Shown here piece by piece: positions 37,901-51,012 of a DNA stretch of 64,000 bases. The position numbers and the translations under genes were made by a program. The DNA is taken from the NCBI GenBank assembly GCA_965202585.1, contig OZ241828.1, forward strand, positions 54,312,001 to 54,376,000, read 5' to 3'. Numbering within the stretch: position 1 is the stretch's first letter; each line of letters opens with the position of its first letter. A model generated the notes under the pieces. That model saw nothing but the letters and a program-made list of their open reading frames with translations. It was not told the DNA's origin and did not search any database. Origin of the DNA: Thalia democratica. Taxonomy: Eukaryota.

Positions 37901-40900
37901 TTATACTTTAAAAATATCTAAAACTGAGCATTTAAAAATTAATAAAACATTGAAAAAATTTTTCTTGCATATTCTAGGTCTCTAACTAAAAAAAAGATCA
38001 TAAAAACATGGGTGAAGGTTTACAGCCTAGACTTTTGTATGACGTGAGACAAGCTCAAGACACACCTATTCGATCATCAGACCACAAGCCTTCGGTAGAC
38101 TGAGACCCGAGTTTTGTTCCTATTAGTGTTTTTAAGTATTTATTTTTAGTGAAATATTGAGTTAATTATAAGTTATTGAATATTGAGTTCCAATAAGAAC
38201 GAAACCTGGGTCTCAGTTTTACTCAAAATGTATAAAAGTGATAGATTTTTAGCACAATTCAATAACAATTAACAATTCAATAAAATAATAATTTGATTTA
38301 TTATTTTATAATATCTATGAAAATTAACATTAAAAAATTTACAGTTCATATGTCTGTATTAGAAACTCTATTTAACAAAATATAATTTTCTAAGTTAATT
38401 AAGTCTTTAACATTCTATAAAACTGAATTATAACCATACTTAATGCTTTCATATAAAATTCAACAAGATTTTTTATTAAAAAAATTCTTTTGATCCCTTT
38501 CTATTGAAGACTACATGAAAATTTAAACTCTTTAAATCAAGAAATAAATTTTTTTAACAGTATTGTTAAATTAAGAAAATTAACACAAACTAGAAGCTCA
38601 AATTATAAAAAAACAACTATTCATTATAAAAGATAATTCATAATTGCTAAAAATAGCCATACTTTATTTAGTTTTAAAATTTATCTAGGACATATCTCAA
38701 GGGAATATAAAAAATTTTAAAATGTATTAGAGCACATTCTGATTAAAAAAAAAACTGAAGATCTTTATTAAAGTAAAAAATTGTTATAATACAAAGTTCT
38801 TTAAAATAAAATAACAGTAAAATTAATGAGTGTCAAGTCTGCTGTATACATGCTTGAGCAAACTACTAAAACTTTTTAAATAAATTGACACACCAAGACA
38901 TTGAAAATTTTTGAGCTAAAGCACAAATTTAATCTTACAATATAATAGTATAACATAATTAAAATCAACACAAAAACTATACAACAATTTTAAGATATGA
39001 ATTCTTTAATCTTTTATTATAGAGATTTCAAATAACCCAGAACCTTAAAACATATCGAAACTAACTTAATCAAGTGCTTGACTTACAATGTACAATTTTT
39101 GATATATTATGTACAAAAAATAATCATGCTCTATACCTTTAAATAATAAATGACCCTCAAGTTTTTATGTGTGAGTTAAAATGTTTACATGTATTAATTA
39201 AATTAGAGTTACCTCCTTAAAGTACGAAAATTTAGTGAAAGAATAAATTTTTTAACAATTTATATTTTTAAAAGTTATAAAGTATTGTTTCGAAAATTCA
39301 CAAAAATTTTAGATGTTAATAACATACATCGTTTTTTTTTAATTTTTACTACTTTAAGTAGGGGTAGAGAGTACTTGGGTGATGTTTGCTAGACACATGA
39401 GGAGTCTTGATTTAGATGTGTTTTGGTCTAATTAAGAAGAATTAAAAAAAAAATTTTTTTTAATTCCTAAAAAAAAAAAACTGCACCCCAAAAAACTGAT
39501 CTGGACCCCAAAAATCACATAATTTTTGATTTTTCGACTTAAATAGTAATAAAGTCACTCATACATGTCCTAGACTTATATATTATATCTTAAATGAAAG
39601 CTAATAGTTATAGGTACCTTTAATGACATTTCAACTGCTTTGATATATTATGACGTCATAATTACACAAAATATGCAAATTTTGACTGTAAAATGGAATT
39701 TTTTCTATTATAAAAAGCAAATTCTTCTGCTGGTTTTATTTTTAGTTTCTATGATTTTGAATGACAAATTCTGAAGTCAATCAACCAGAAAGATATTACT
39801 AAGTTATTTCAATTGTTTGTTGATAAAGATATAAAAAACACTCTAAACCACTTTTAGATATTATGTTTACTGAGAGCACCTGAGTAAAAGCAAAAGAATT
39901 AGACATATATTATAAGAACTACATGTAAATTTATTAAAATTAGTGTTATTTTATTTTTTCATTATAAAGCAGGGTTGCCACTTTACCTGAATCCTGGAAA
40001 AACCTGGAATTTGATAAATTTTGAAAAAAAAACTGGTAAAACCTGGAATTTTTAAGAATTTTAACATGTTCAGTAGTATATTAAAGTGTTAAACCCAACT
40101 TCTGAGATATGTTGTAAAATTCTTAAGAAGATGTGTCTCCATGCCGCTCAAGTTTTTGATCGCCAAACAGGTAGAGAATATGGTTTTGGAAAGTTTTGTT
40201 TGTCAAATCCACCACGTGCTACTGAGCTCAACCTATTAAGTAATGAAGAACTGGTTGGACTCCCAACAAACAACTTGGAATCTGAAAGACACCTCGCTGG
40301 ATTTGGAAGGCGAGCAGCAGTGGCAAAGTTTAGGAACCAACGATTCACAGCAAAAGGGATAAGAAATGACTGTACATTACTTATATCTGATTCTTTTCAA
40401 ACTAAACATGAAAAAAAAATTAATAAAGTTGTTTAATTTCTGAATGAGATGGAGCAAAGGTGGGTAGCAGATCAAAAAAATTTAAAGCTCAAACACATAA
40501 AGGAAAAAATTGAAAAAGGGAAAAAAAGGGATCAATATGTGCAGAAACGTCTCAAATTGTGTAAAAGTTGGGGTGGGCCTGTAGTGAGCGTGGAAGAGCT
40601 GCGTTCTATTTTAAAATCTCATCCTCATCGAAATGAAGTTATTGTTCGTAATGAGTTAATTTACTTTAGAGAGTCTCACAAATCTGAAGTGTTATACAAT
40701 CCAGAACTTTTTTAAGTTAATGGTAATACTCACAAAGAAAGACTTCTAAACTTATGTGCTTTTGTTGCAGAAGATGATGAGTACTCTCTATGTTCTTTGC
40801 CAACAAACACTGATGCATTATTAATTGTAGGGGGTTCTTCCCCCAATATACAGAAAGAAAAAAATGAAGATATTATGAAAGGGAATTTTTATGTCACATT

Positions 40901-43364
40901 AATTAGTGAAGGGTCATCAGACACATGGTATATTGCTATGTGTGAAGGTAAAAATGATGATGGGACTTTTAAGATGGACCACCTCATGAGAGTTCAAGAC
41001 AGAAGTAATTCGAAGTGGAAACACCCACCTAAACGTGATTTGCTAAACTTGCATTTAGATTCTATTCTTGATTGTAAAGTTGGAGGGGAATAGGATGTTT
41101 CTAATGAAAGATCTATTACTTTTTCACTGAGAAACCATGTCCAAATAGATTTAATAGTAGAACAGATGTCTTTTACATAAAGTTAAAAAGTAGTTTTTAT
41201 GTATTTTTATGAGTATTATGTACATATAGTCAGTTAGATTTTTATCAATCATTTGACAGTTATTTTATACTAGTATTTTTAAAAGTATCAGTCATTTTGC
41301 AGTAATCTTAAGTGTTAATACTAAATGATACAGTGCAATGTTCGTTTTATTATGTAATGTTCTCTATTTCTTTATTATACTAGTCTCTATTTATTTTGCA
41401 ATCATTAACTTAATGTTTAATGCCATACAACATTATGTTGCCTATAATAAACTATAACTTTTTTTAAATTTCTTTATGTTGTTGTAACGCAAATTGAACA
41501 TTCTTAGGTTATTTTTAAATACTTATAGCTAAATGAATTATGACATCTAATATCCCATTAATATACATACAACATCACCTAAATTTTAAAGGTAAGTAAG
41601 TATATCTACAAAGTTTTATTTTAAAATATTTTGTTTTAATTAGATTAGACAACTAGTGCTTCTTAATTTTTCAAAACGCACCATTTTACAGATAAAATTT
41701 ACATATTTTGTGTGATTATGACGTCATAATATTCCAAAAGCAGTTGAAATGTCATTAAGTGTATGCCTATAATTATTAGCTTTAATTTAAGATATAAAAT
41801 ATAAGTCTAGGACGTGTATGAGTGACTTTATTACTATTTAAGTCAAAAAATCAAAAATTATGTGATTTTTTGGGTCCAGATCAGTTTTTTGGGGTGCAGT
41901 TTTTTTTTTAGGAATTTTTTTTAATTTTTTTTTAAATTCTTCTTAATGATACCAAAACACATCTAAATCAAGACTCCTCATATAGATTTTACAACATGAC
42001 CAAAAAAATGTGCTGTACTACCTACCCCTACTTTAAGTCTTTATTATGCTTTTGTAAAAAAATACCTTGTGTTTGATGCACTATAAATGACTTTCCACTT
42101 CCAAAGGGTGCAAAAATTCCAATTGAAAATGGGGACTCAGCTCAGTAAATAATGTTGGCAAGAGTTTTTGAATATACTGAGAATCCAAGATGATCAATTT
42201 CTCCAACATAGTCACCAACTAATATGTTTTCTGTTTGATATTAGTGAAATGTATTAAAAACAATTAATACATAAAATATTTAACAATTAAAAAAAAGCTT
42301 TTATTTCTTTAATATTTGATTATCTTAAACTTAAATTTTTAAATACTACAGTGCTTAAACACTTATCCAGACAGTTTCATTTGAAAAGAAAATTTAAAAC
42401 ATTTTCAATAGTAAGCACAAACATTTTTGTATGATACAAATATTTAAGCTATCATGATGAGTAAAAAATTTCAAGGGATTTTGTAAATTCTGCAGTTTAG
42501 TTTATCATGACGTAACAATACTACTGAAGCCTACATTCAGACTTTGTTTACAAATAGTTTAGTTATCAAAAACCTTTGTAAGTAAAGTAGTTCAGTTAAA
42601 AAAAATTAAACAATACTTTTTAAAATATGACTTACAGTTTTTTATTTGAACTTTTAAAGTTTTTTGATAATTGAATAAATTCTAAGTTTTTTAAGAAAAC
42701 TTATGTATAACAGTTCTTTTATGCTTGATTTTTATTTCAAACTTTATCATAGAAGTTGTTAATTCAAACACTTTTGTTTAAGATATGAGATGGATAAAAT
42801 TTTTTTTGTTTTATTTATAAGTTATATAAGTTTGACACACTTAACATACCAAGTTTTAGAAATGGACAATACATCAATAAAAGAAAACAAGTTGCACTAA
42901 CCATTGAAAATAAACAAGAAGTTTGTAAAATGGTAAAAAAAACAATGTGCTAAAGTCTTTTATAACGGAGTAGTTTAGCATATTCAGGTCACATTTTTTA
43001 TGACATTTTGAAAAGTTAAGAAAAGTTTAAAAAGTTCAAAGCAAAAAAGAGGAGCTAAACTAAAATGCATTGCTGAACATACAGTAGTTATATTATTTAA
43101 TGAAAAAATTGAATTTTTGTTCTTTTCTGGACGTGTTTAGAGAAAAATCTTGCCAATCATGTCCTGATAAGTGAATAAGAACTGTACAACTACAATGATT
43201 GTACACAGTTAAGCTTATTTGTTTTAAAAGTTGAATAAAGTCTGAACTTTAACAGAAAACATTCAATTTTGTATATAAAACTGATGTTAATAACCAAATT
43301 AAATAATGTATAAATTACCTTTAGGTGAAATTACTCTTTTTATCAACTTTTTATCACTTGCCAT
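23030..43364 (-). CDS. Multi-pass membrane KAP-family P-loop NTPase (NKPD1/Kidins220-like) with RRM-like insertion, ~882 codons, copy B; one premature TGA at codon 45
   Basis: Hand-built phase-consistent GT-AG model. Exons: 43364-43319, 42230-42066, 35750-35246, 34053-33892 (or -33871), 33619-33287, 31367-31196, 29317-29126, 28844-28536, 28306-28201, 28077-28014, 27480-27385, 26545-26425, 26118-26076, 23764-23599, 23198-23030 (2649 nt). Motifs in order: APFGSGKS (Walker A), two TM segments, FVKFSAWQYSGSD, RRM-like exon, two TM segments, QLGFMYKVKSEV, VVISIDDLDRC (Walker B), YLDKIINVPFYLP, NPRTLKRIFN, QWP, FISFL...INFD. The last exon end and a few donors are uncertain. Confidence 0.85.
24767..25437. 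mobile_element. hAT-type MITE in an NTPase intron
   Basis: TIRs caggcacgtagct / agctacgtccctg (12/13 match); 8-bp flanks gtttttac / gcttttac (7/8 match). Confidence 0.75.
28945..28976. repeat. (TA)n microsatellite, intronic
   Basis: Uninterrupted TA run. Confidence 0.95.
29921..30289 (+). mobile_element. CAGGGTTGCC-family MITE
   Basis: cagggtggcc ... gccaccctt, with a perfect 6-bp duplication tagaaa (29915-29920, 30290-30295). Confidence 0.8.
31424..31776 (+). mobile_element. CAGGGTTGCC-family MITE
   Basis: cagggttgctac ... gtggcactctg. Internal ccaggtttttaaaagtacacatttttgggtctatttt is shared with the other copies. Confidence 0.8.
34386..34795 (+). mobile_element. CAGGGTTGCC-family MITE
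   Basis: cagggtagacac ... gatggccaccctc; same internal core. Confidence 0.8.
38098..38218. mobile_element. Small hairpin MITE, copy B
   Basis: Duplicate of 103-223. Confidence 0.6.
39970..40065 (-). mobile_element. One end of a CAGGGTTGCC-family MITE nested in the hAT element
   Basis: cagggttgccactttacctgaatcctggaaaaacctggaatttg is the reverse complement of the right end of the other copies. Confidence 0.7.
40086..41180 (+). pseudogene. C-terminal transposase remnant (365 codons, one frame, three in-frame stops)
   Basis: ORFs 40086-40436, 40449-40715 and 40797-41093 share one frame, separated by single stops. PTNNLESERHL resembles the hAT C-terminal (dimerisation) motif; WGGP and a C-terminal W-x-HP-x3-D beta-rich domain follow. 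Confidence 0.7.
42349..43184 (+). mobile_element. pogo/Tigger-like element, copy B
   Basis: Duplicate of 1619-2456 with the same TIRs and TA flanks. Confidence 0.75.
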
Positions 43365-43619
43365 TTCTTTCTCTAATTATTGGACATTATTATTGTCTAA
43401 AAAATTACAGTATGTTTTAAGCTCCTACTAAGCTAAGAGCTTTAAAAGTCCTTATATTAAAAAAAATTTAAGTACATGTTGAATAAGTAACAAAATTAAA
43501 AAAAAATTATAAATTAAACAGTAATTATTATTCTAGTAAAATTGCCCTTATTATATACCACATTTAAAAAAGACAATTACAAAACAGACACTGCATACCC
43601 TAATTTAGAACTATTATAT

Positions 43620-44340
43620 ATAAAAATGGTTAAAGGATAATAGGCTTAAACTAAATACTGATAAAACAGATGCATGCTCTTTTAATTTGGTAAAACAAAA
43701 GTTTGAAAAATACAAAACAAGGTACGTTTTAATTCAAAATTTTTTGTACTAAATCTTTAATTCACTTATGATAAGTCATGTAAAATACAGTTTGTTGTGT
43801 TGGAGTAGGACGAGTAAAAGCTAAAACTACTGAGATTGATAAACTAGTAAATAAAGCATTAAGGTGCATTAATTTCTAAGGTTGGAATGAAAGTGTTGGC
43901 AGTACAAAAATAGAAAAGAAAATATCAGATTTTGAACAGATGTTCAAGTGTGAGTTAGGAGTTTTTATGCACAAATTTAAAAGAGAAACTTTACCAGTTA
44001 ACTTTAAGCCTTAACTTTACAAATGTTAATAAAATTCATAATCATCTAACAAGATTTTCAAAAACAAACCTTTTTTTCAAGAGTAAATAGTCTTTATGGC
44101 CTTAAGACATTATCCTACCTAGGTTGTAAACTATGGAAGAATTGCCTAAAAACTTAAAAGGTCATATCTATTTTTGAGCATTTCAATGTGGAATGAGAGA
44201 TAAATTACTTAAAAGACAATCAAAAAAATATCAAGCTTAATCTTTACTTACCATTACTTTAACTTATGTCTTTGTATTGGTGTTTGTACTTTTTTTGGGC
44301 TGATTGCTGTTAGTCTCATAAACTGGGTGTAAGATGGTTT
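43620..44340 (+). mobile_element. CR1/L2-clade LINE 3' fragment, copy B
   Basis: Duplicate of 2890-3620. Confidence 0.7.
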
Positions 44341-46189
44341 TATTATTACTTTGTTTAAAACATTTTTTTACTGTATATAAAATTTAATAGTCCTGTTTCA
44401 TATTCATTGATAATGTGATTAAACAAGTAGATGTTTTTTTTTAATTTGTTTTACTAGATATTAAGTGTTTATCTGTTTCAGAAGATAGAGATTCTGAATT
44501 TAGGTGTGTAAACTTCATATTTTTAGATATTCTGATAATTTATTTCTTTTTATTAAAATTTAGTTTTACGTTTTTAAACAGTTTATCAACCTTTTTAAAA
44601 TACTTTTATTTTTACTTTATTTTTCAAAATATTTGTTAAGTTTCATTAATTTATTTTTTAAGTTTAGTTCAGTTTTAGGAGTGATTTTATTTTAAGTAGT
44701 TTAAACAAATTCAATCAATTAGTCTAGAATTAATTGATTAAAACTGAATTGTTTACAAGTTTATAAAGCAGTTAAAAAAATTTCTAATAGCTGTAATTTT
44801 TTACCTACCTACAACCACATATACTGAAATTTCTAGACACTATTTAAAAACTCATGGTGCTCTTACAGTTTTATGACTATATTAAATATTTTATGTATAC
44901 TGACATTACTAATTCTCCCCTTTTATTTAATTTTGAGATATTTGTTGTAGTTTTTGTGGTTGCTCTTGGGAGGAGACTGTGGGGAGCCCATTGTAGACTA
45001 TGGTTTCCATGATCAATGATGGCAGTGATGGGTTAAAAAAGAATGCTTACCATTTCTAAAGTTGGAAAAAAAAAGGAAAATTTTAAACATAAAAATAATT
45101 AGTTTTTAATTTTTTTTTTTGTATTAATTATTTTTTTATTGTTTTAAAGCTACCTCAAAGTATTAGTAACACGTAAATTGTGTGTAGCTTAAATGTGTGT
45201 ACCAAAAGGTCTTTCTCCACACTAGTCCTTAGTTGTGAGCATTCACATTTTTCTTTCTCTCTTTTCTTTCTTTTACATGTGAAATTTGATTAAAATACCA
45301 GGTTTTAATGATTTTGTTCAAAAATTTTCTAGTTCCAGGGTATTTTGCCTAAATTGTCAAATTACACAGGTACTTCCAGGTTTTTTAGCATCCCTGTAAA
45401 AAAATATAAGTTAGCTTCTCATTCAAGTTGGGCAGTTTTTATTTTTTGATAGTAAGATTTAATATAAAACTTCTCACAGTTGAAAGTGTAAAAAAAATGG
45501 AACACAATTCAAGCATAGCTACTTATTTATTATTCATGAAAGTTTGTATACATCCTCATTATTTTTGTATAAAGGTTGATTACTATGGAGAAAATTTCTG
45601 TGGAAGAATTTGCCTATAGATAAACTATAAACACATCCAGAAATTAAGTGTAGAGCAGTGGAATAAAGCGCAAAACTTGCAAACTGACTCTTCTGAAACT
45701 GGAAGGATGAAAGATCTTTTTGATTAGATTAAAAAACAATTTAATTTTCTTGTTAGTTCAAATTTTATTTAACTTTTTTTTTGTATAATGCAGTTAGTAT
45801 GATTTAATTTTACACTTTACATTTTAAACTTATCTAGATACTTTTACCTGGTTTTGGAAAATAATAAATTTTAATTTTTGCTTTGTGTTTTCTTTTTTAG
45901 TGTGATAATGTAGAATATTAGGCTTGAGAAAACGAGAGAATTGAAAAAAGCTTAATGTCTTGTTTTATCTTCAGTAATTTTGCATTAAAAAAATTATACA
46001 TAAAAGTGTAAACTGTGAGAAGTTTCATATATAGAAGTTTGTTTTTTTAAGTAAAACCTTTAAAAAAACTTTGATGCAATTCGGCTGTAGTTCTAAGTTT
46101 GCTTCTGATTGGCTAATATTCTGCTAATTTAAGTTATAAAACTGTTTTTTATTTATTTTTTAAATATGTTGAGGTTTAAACAATAAATC

Positions 46190-47150
46190 TCTAGAGAGCT
46201 TAACACTTAGAGAGCCTTTATACAATTTAGACAAAAGTTTAAAAAATAGTGGGTTTAAAACAACACTATCATATGTTCAAAATAATTCTATCGGAAATAC
46301 TAGAAGAAAATTAAGGAAAAAGAAAGTTTTTTACTACAATTCTTCTTTTAGTAGTTGTATAAAAACAAATATAAGAAAAGAATTTCTAAAAACAGTATCC
46401 AGTGATTTGCCAAAATAAGGTTTTATGGTTTTATATTTAATAGAAATACAATTAAGATTTCATATTCCTGCATGCCAAATTTAGAAAAAGAACTGTCCAA
46501 TCACAACCAGAAATTACTTCAAAACTCAAATGAAACAAATGAAGAAAACAGCAAATTATGCAATTGTAGATCAAAAACTAATTGCCCAAATATTAGTGAA
46601 TGTCTTGCTAAAGGAGTCATTTATAAAACAATAGTTATGCAAAACAAAAAGGAAAACAATATTTACATTGGTTCAACTGAGAGACAATTCAAAAGTAGAT
46701 TTTATGAACATATGCAATCTTTTAAAAATGAAAAATAGAAAGAAAGTACAAGATTAAGTAGGTTTATGCATAAAATCAAAAATGACAATGCTGATTAAAG
46801 AAAAATGATAAAATGGGAGATTATTCATTGCAGTAAACAAACTAAACCTAGTAAAATTTGCACCCTCTGAAATTTGGAGAGACTTGAAATTGCATTTACA
46901 GACAACAATAAACTTTTATTTGAGATCAGGTTTGGTGGGAAAATGTAACATTTCACAAAATTTTATTTGAAGTCTTAATTGACTAAATTTAAGTTTAATT
47001 TACCTACCTTAGTTTTCATTATATAATTTTGTTTTGTCTTTTGTTAATATTCTATTTTATGTTAATTGCAACTTAGTTTGTTTACTTTTTTACTTGTGAT
47101 CATTGCTATAGCATTAAACAATTGCTTAGTAATAAACTCAATTTAACTTT
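46190..47150 (+). mobile_element. Penelope-like GIY-YIG fragment, copy B
   Basis: ORF 46472-46738 (CNCR..CP..C..VIYK..IYIGSTERQFKSRFYEH); duplicate of the 5.5-6.4 kb element. Confidence 0.85.
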
Positions 47151-50100
47151 TGTCTTAATTGTATTTTTTATATATTTAGGTAATAGGAGTTTGCAAAGAG
47201 GGTATAGATTGAAAGTTTTGGGTAAGGTCTGTTAGGGATAAAGTATAGATGTTTTTAACATACTGCTGTATTATCACTTTACTTCATTTGCATAATGTTA
47301 TTGTTGAAAAATTTTGAAACCTTACAACTTCAATTCTTTCTATGCACTAACTTACACTAGATACTTATGGTTATAAAAATTATTTATTCAACTGTGGGTG
47401 TTTACCTAAAACACAAGTTTAAAAGAAAAAAACTGTTAAGTAAATGCTTACCTCAGCTATTGTTTACTAAACAAAAAAGAAGTAAGTATAAAGAAAACTG
47501 ACAATAACTGTTTTTAATCAGAAATCTTTACATTAACAATTAAAAAAAAACAATTTCTAAACCGACGTAATTTTTTTTTGATAATGCAAATTGTTTTATA
47601 TTCTATTTTCGTAGAAATGTCAAACTTAATGTCTTAGTCTGAATTCTAAGAAATAAGAATCTTTAGTACAACATATTTATGTTTAGAAACAGTTTTAGAA
47701 TTGTATACTCTATTATAATAAATATTAAAAAAACAAATTTAAGTTAAATAAGGATTTTTTTACATTTATTTTAATTCTGTTTTCAATGTTTTGATCTAAC
47801 AATAAAGTAAACACTTTTAGACTTAATTTTTCTTTGGTTCATTTTCGTTTTATAATATGTATATATACATATACATATTTTAGTAATTTAAATGAGAGCT
47901 TTTAAAAGTTACATTTTGCAAAGCATGGCTGACAACAAATATCCATTCGAACTTGTTGGAATTTTGTTTTTAAAATAAGTAGTCTTATTAATAAAGAATC
48001 TTTAAAAGATTTACCTATAAATAATAAAAGATCTTATTTTAAAAACAAATACCAAATAATTTTTTTGTTTTTATTTATTTATAAATAAGTTTATTAATAA
48101 CTAAAAATATCAAACTATGTCGTTAAAATGTTTGAGCATCGAAAATTAAAAAAATTAACAAAATGTTTTACAATAGTAATACACTCACTTTAAATGTGTA
48201 TTTTCATGGGTTTTTATTTGTTATTAACTAAATAAATTTATGTTTTTAAAAATCACTAAATGTTCTAGTGCTTACTCTAAAAATTTACTAACAAAACTAA
48301 AAAAAAAATTTAGGAAAGAACTAAAGCAGTGTAAAGCTACTAATATAAATTGGCGATGAATAAAACTTAAAAATTTAGATTTTTTTTTCTAGTATTTAAA
48401 TTCGACAATTAAAATTCTGACAACCTAAACCAAAAACTAAAAAATATGAAATGTTTTAAAGTCGACTTTATGTTTTGTAATAATTTTTTCCAATTACGAA
48501 CGACTTTAAATATATATTATAAAAATGAATAAATATATTTGTTTTAAATGACAGTGTTAGCTAACATCAAATAAATCTCAATAAATCCTAAAAAACTTGT
48601 TATAAAATTTAGTTTTACTTATATAACCTAATAAATTATTATGTAAAATATTAATGCCACTAACAATAATTGTCAGATTTAAACCAGCTTGAAGCAAATA
48701 GACAAGACGTTAAAAGATATCCAAGTTGTGTGCGATTCGATAACCGGGAGGATTTTTCGTGCACCAGGTCCTAGGACCAAATATTTTAGGACTTTTCTAT
48801 TGTTCAGTAAACTAGTTCATATTTAGAATATTTAAGATATACATGTGCGAATTTTACAATTCTGGCTACTAACTATGAAACGTATTGAGCACAGATTCGT
48901 TGAAAAATTAATGTTACAATTCATATACTTTGACAACTGAGTTTAAAAAAAACCTCTAAATATTTTGTTTCTAAGTTATTCAGTGTTATCACACGTTTAT
49001 ATTTCATCAATTTTTAATATATTAATGCATACAGAATTTTTGTTTGATCTTACTTAAATTTTAAGTATTTTTTTTTACAAGTTTATGTTACATACCGATT
49101 AGTTTTATCATATTTACTCAAATGTTAATATAACTTAAGTAAATTGCAAAGTTGTACAAAAAAACTAGTTTATAAGCGAAAATTATCTATTAGCAAATTA
49201 AAAAATAATAAAAGAAGAAAAAGTCGACTAATACAAGTACTTTGTACGAAATGGGTTCTCTTTTGTTTAAAATTAAACTTTAAAACTAGATCAGTGTGAA
49301 TGTTCAAAAAAGATCAAAGTATATAGTATAAGATTTCTAAGTAATCGATAAATTTATTTAATCACTATCTGGGATATTAATAGATTAATTTAAAATACAT
49401 AAGTAAAATAAGTACATTAATGTAAGCAAGACCACGTAAGCATCATAGCTGATCAGTCTAACAACCGAATTACACTTGTTGTGTAAGAATTTGGCTGAAG
49501 TGTTTTGTTGTAGTATTTACTGTACATCCTAAAAATAATTTTGTTAGTCTAATCATTTTATCTTTTTTAAGTTGCTGAAGATTATATTTATTTAAACTTC
49601 GTACCTTTTTGCTTATACACTGACTGATTTTTATTTTAACACTAGTTTGTAAAACTATTATTTTCATCAGTTGTTAAAAAATGCAGTACAGCTTAGGTTT
49701 TTTTAATGTTTACAAGCTTATTTTAGCGCTTATTTATACCAACTATCACAATTAAGCTTGCTTATTTGTAGTTTTCTACTTAGAATTTAGCTTTCTTTTT
49801 ATGCCATTTTTATTTTTTACATAGAACTTTGTAAGCTTAGTAAATCACTGTAATAAGACATTGAACTGCCATTTAGTGTATTTTTTTTGTATTTTTTAGT
49901 TAAACAAGCTTTTTATAATTTTGTACAAAGAGATAAACTTTAAGCTTAACTATACAAATAATTTTAAGTATCTGAATTAGTTGTTGTGGTATCATATAGA
50001 CCAGAACCAGGTTTTCTTGTTGTAATAAATTTAGATTTTTCTGAAATACTACCACAAATTACAAGTAGATATTATTTTACAAAAACTAATATTTAACAAT

Positions 50101-50409
50101 TATAATTTAACGTTTGTTAAAGAAATCTGTAGCTAAGGAATTTGATTGGGAAAACTATCAAAAAATTTAAAAAGTACAAAATTTTCGGTAAAATTTAATA
50201 ATATAAAACTAAGATAAAATTTTTACGTACTAGCTTATGAAAGAATAGTTTTAAATTTCTACATAGAAATTGTGTGTTAAAGTTTGGTTGATTTATAATT
50301 TTCATAATAAAGTTTAAATAAACTTAACATTGTGAACTAACACTGACAATATTCAAGTAAATTATGTTGAGTTTTTTTATTTTCCTTTTAGTTTATTGAA
50401 AGTTGTTGT

Positions 50410-50797
50410 CAGGGTTGCCAAATGTTTTTAGCAAATTTTTTCCAGATTTTTGAAAATTCCACCAGGTTTTCAAAAGTACATATTTTTGGTTGTAATTTTA
50501 GTTTAAAGTTAAGTTTAAGGTAAAAAGTGTGTGAAATATTATAATAATATTGAAAAGATACTGTATAGCTACTTTAAACGTGTTTTTTGATAAAAAATTT
50601 CGATGATTACAAAATTTTTTACCTATATAATAGATTTTTTGTGTCAAGTTGAAATTTTTCTACTTGACATGTAAAAATTGTTTAGAATTCTAGGTTTTTC
50701 CATGTTTTTTTTTCAAAATTTCTTAAATTCCAGGTTTTGTAGACTAATTAGTCAAACTCCAGGCTTTTCAGGATCCCAGGTTTTTTTGATAACCCTA
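50410..50797 (+). mobile_element. CAGGGTTGCC-family MITE (same insertion as 9734-10109)
   Basis: cagggttgccaaatg ... gataacccta; flanks tgttgt / tatagt. Confidence 0.8.
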
Positions 50798-51012
50798 TAT
50801 AGTATAAAAACTTGTGAAATTAAAAGAATAGTTATTCTAATAAAATATATTAACGTTCATAGTAATGATAATGTTCCTAATATTTACTTTAAAAATATGT
50901 CAGAAATAAAGTGTATCTAGTTTTACAAAACTTTATTATAAAAGAAAGATAATATCTATGATCTTTTTAAACTTTGTCTATAAAGAACAAGTGTACCCTG
51001 GGCAGATATATG

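Larger units (their letters stand above)
39359..42030 (+). mobile_element. Internally deleted hAT-superfamily (probably hATw-like) DNA transposon, 2672 bp
   Basis: Termini TAGGGGTAG / CTACCCCTA. Direct repeat ctttaag (7 bp; actttaagt if read as 9 bp). ~300-bp subterminal inverted repeats (~39400-39700 versus ~41680-41985). Empty site in copy A at ~1300-1308. The subfamily call is from memory. Confidence 0.8.
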
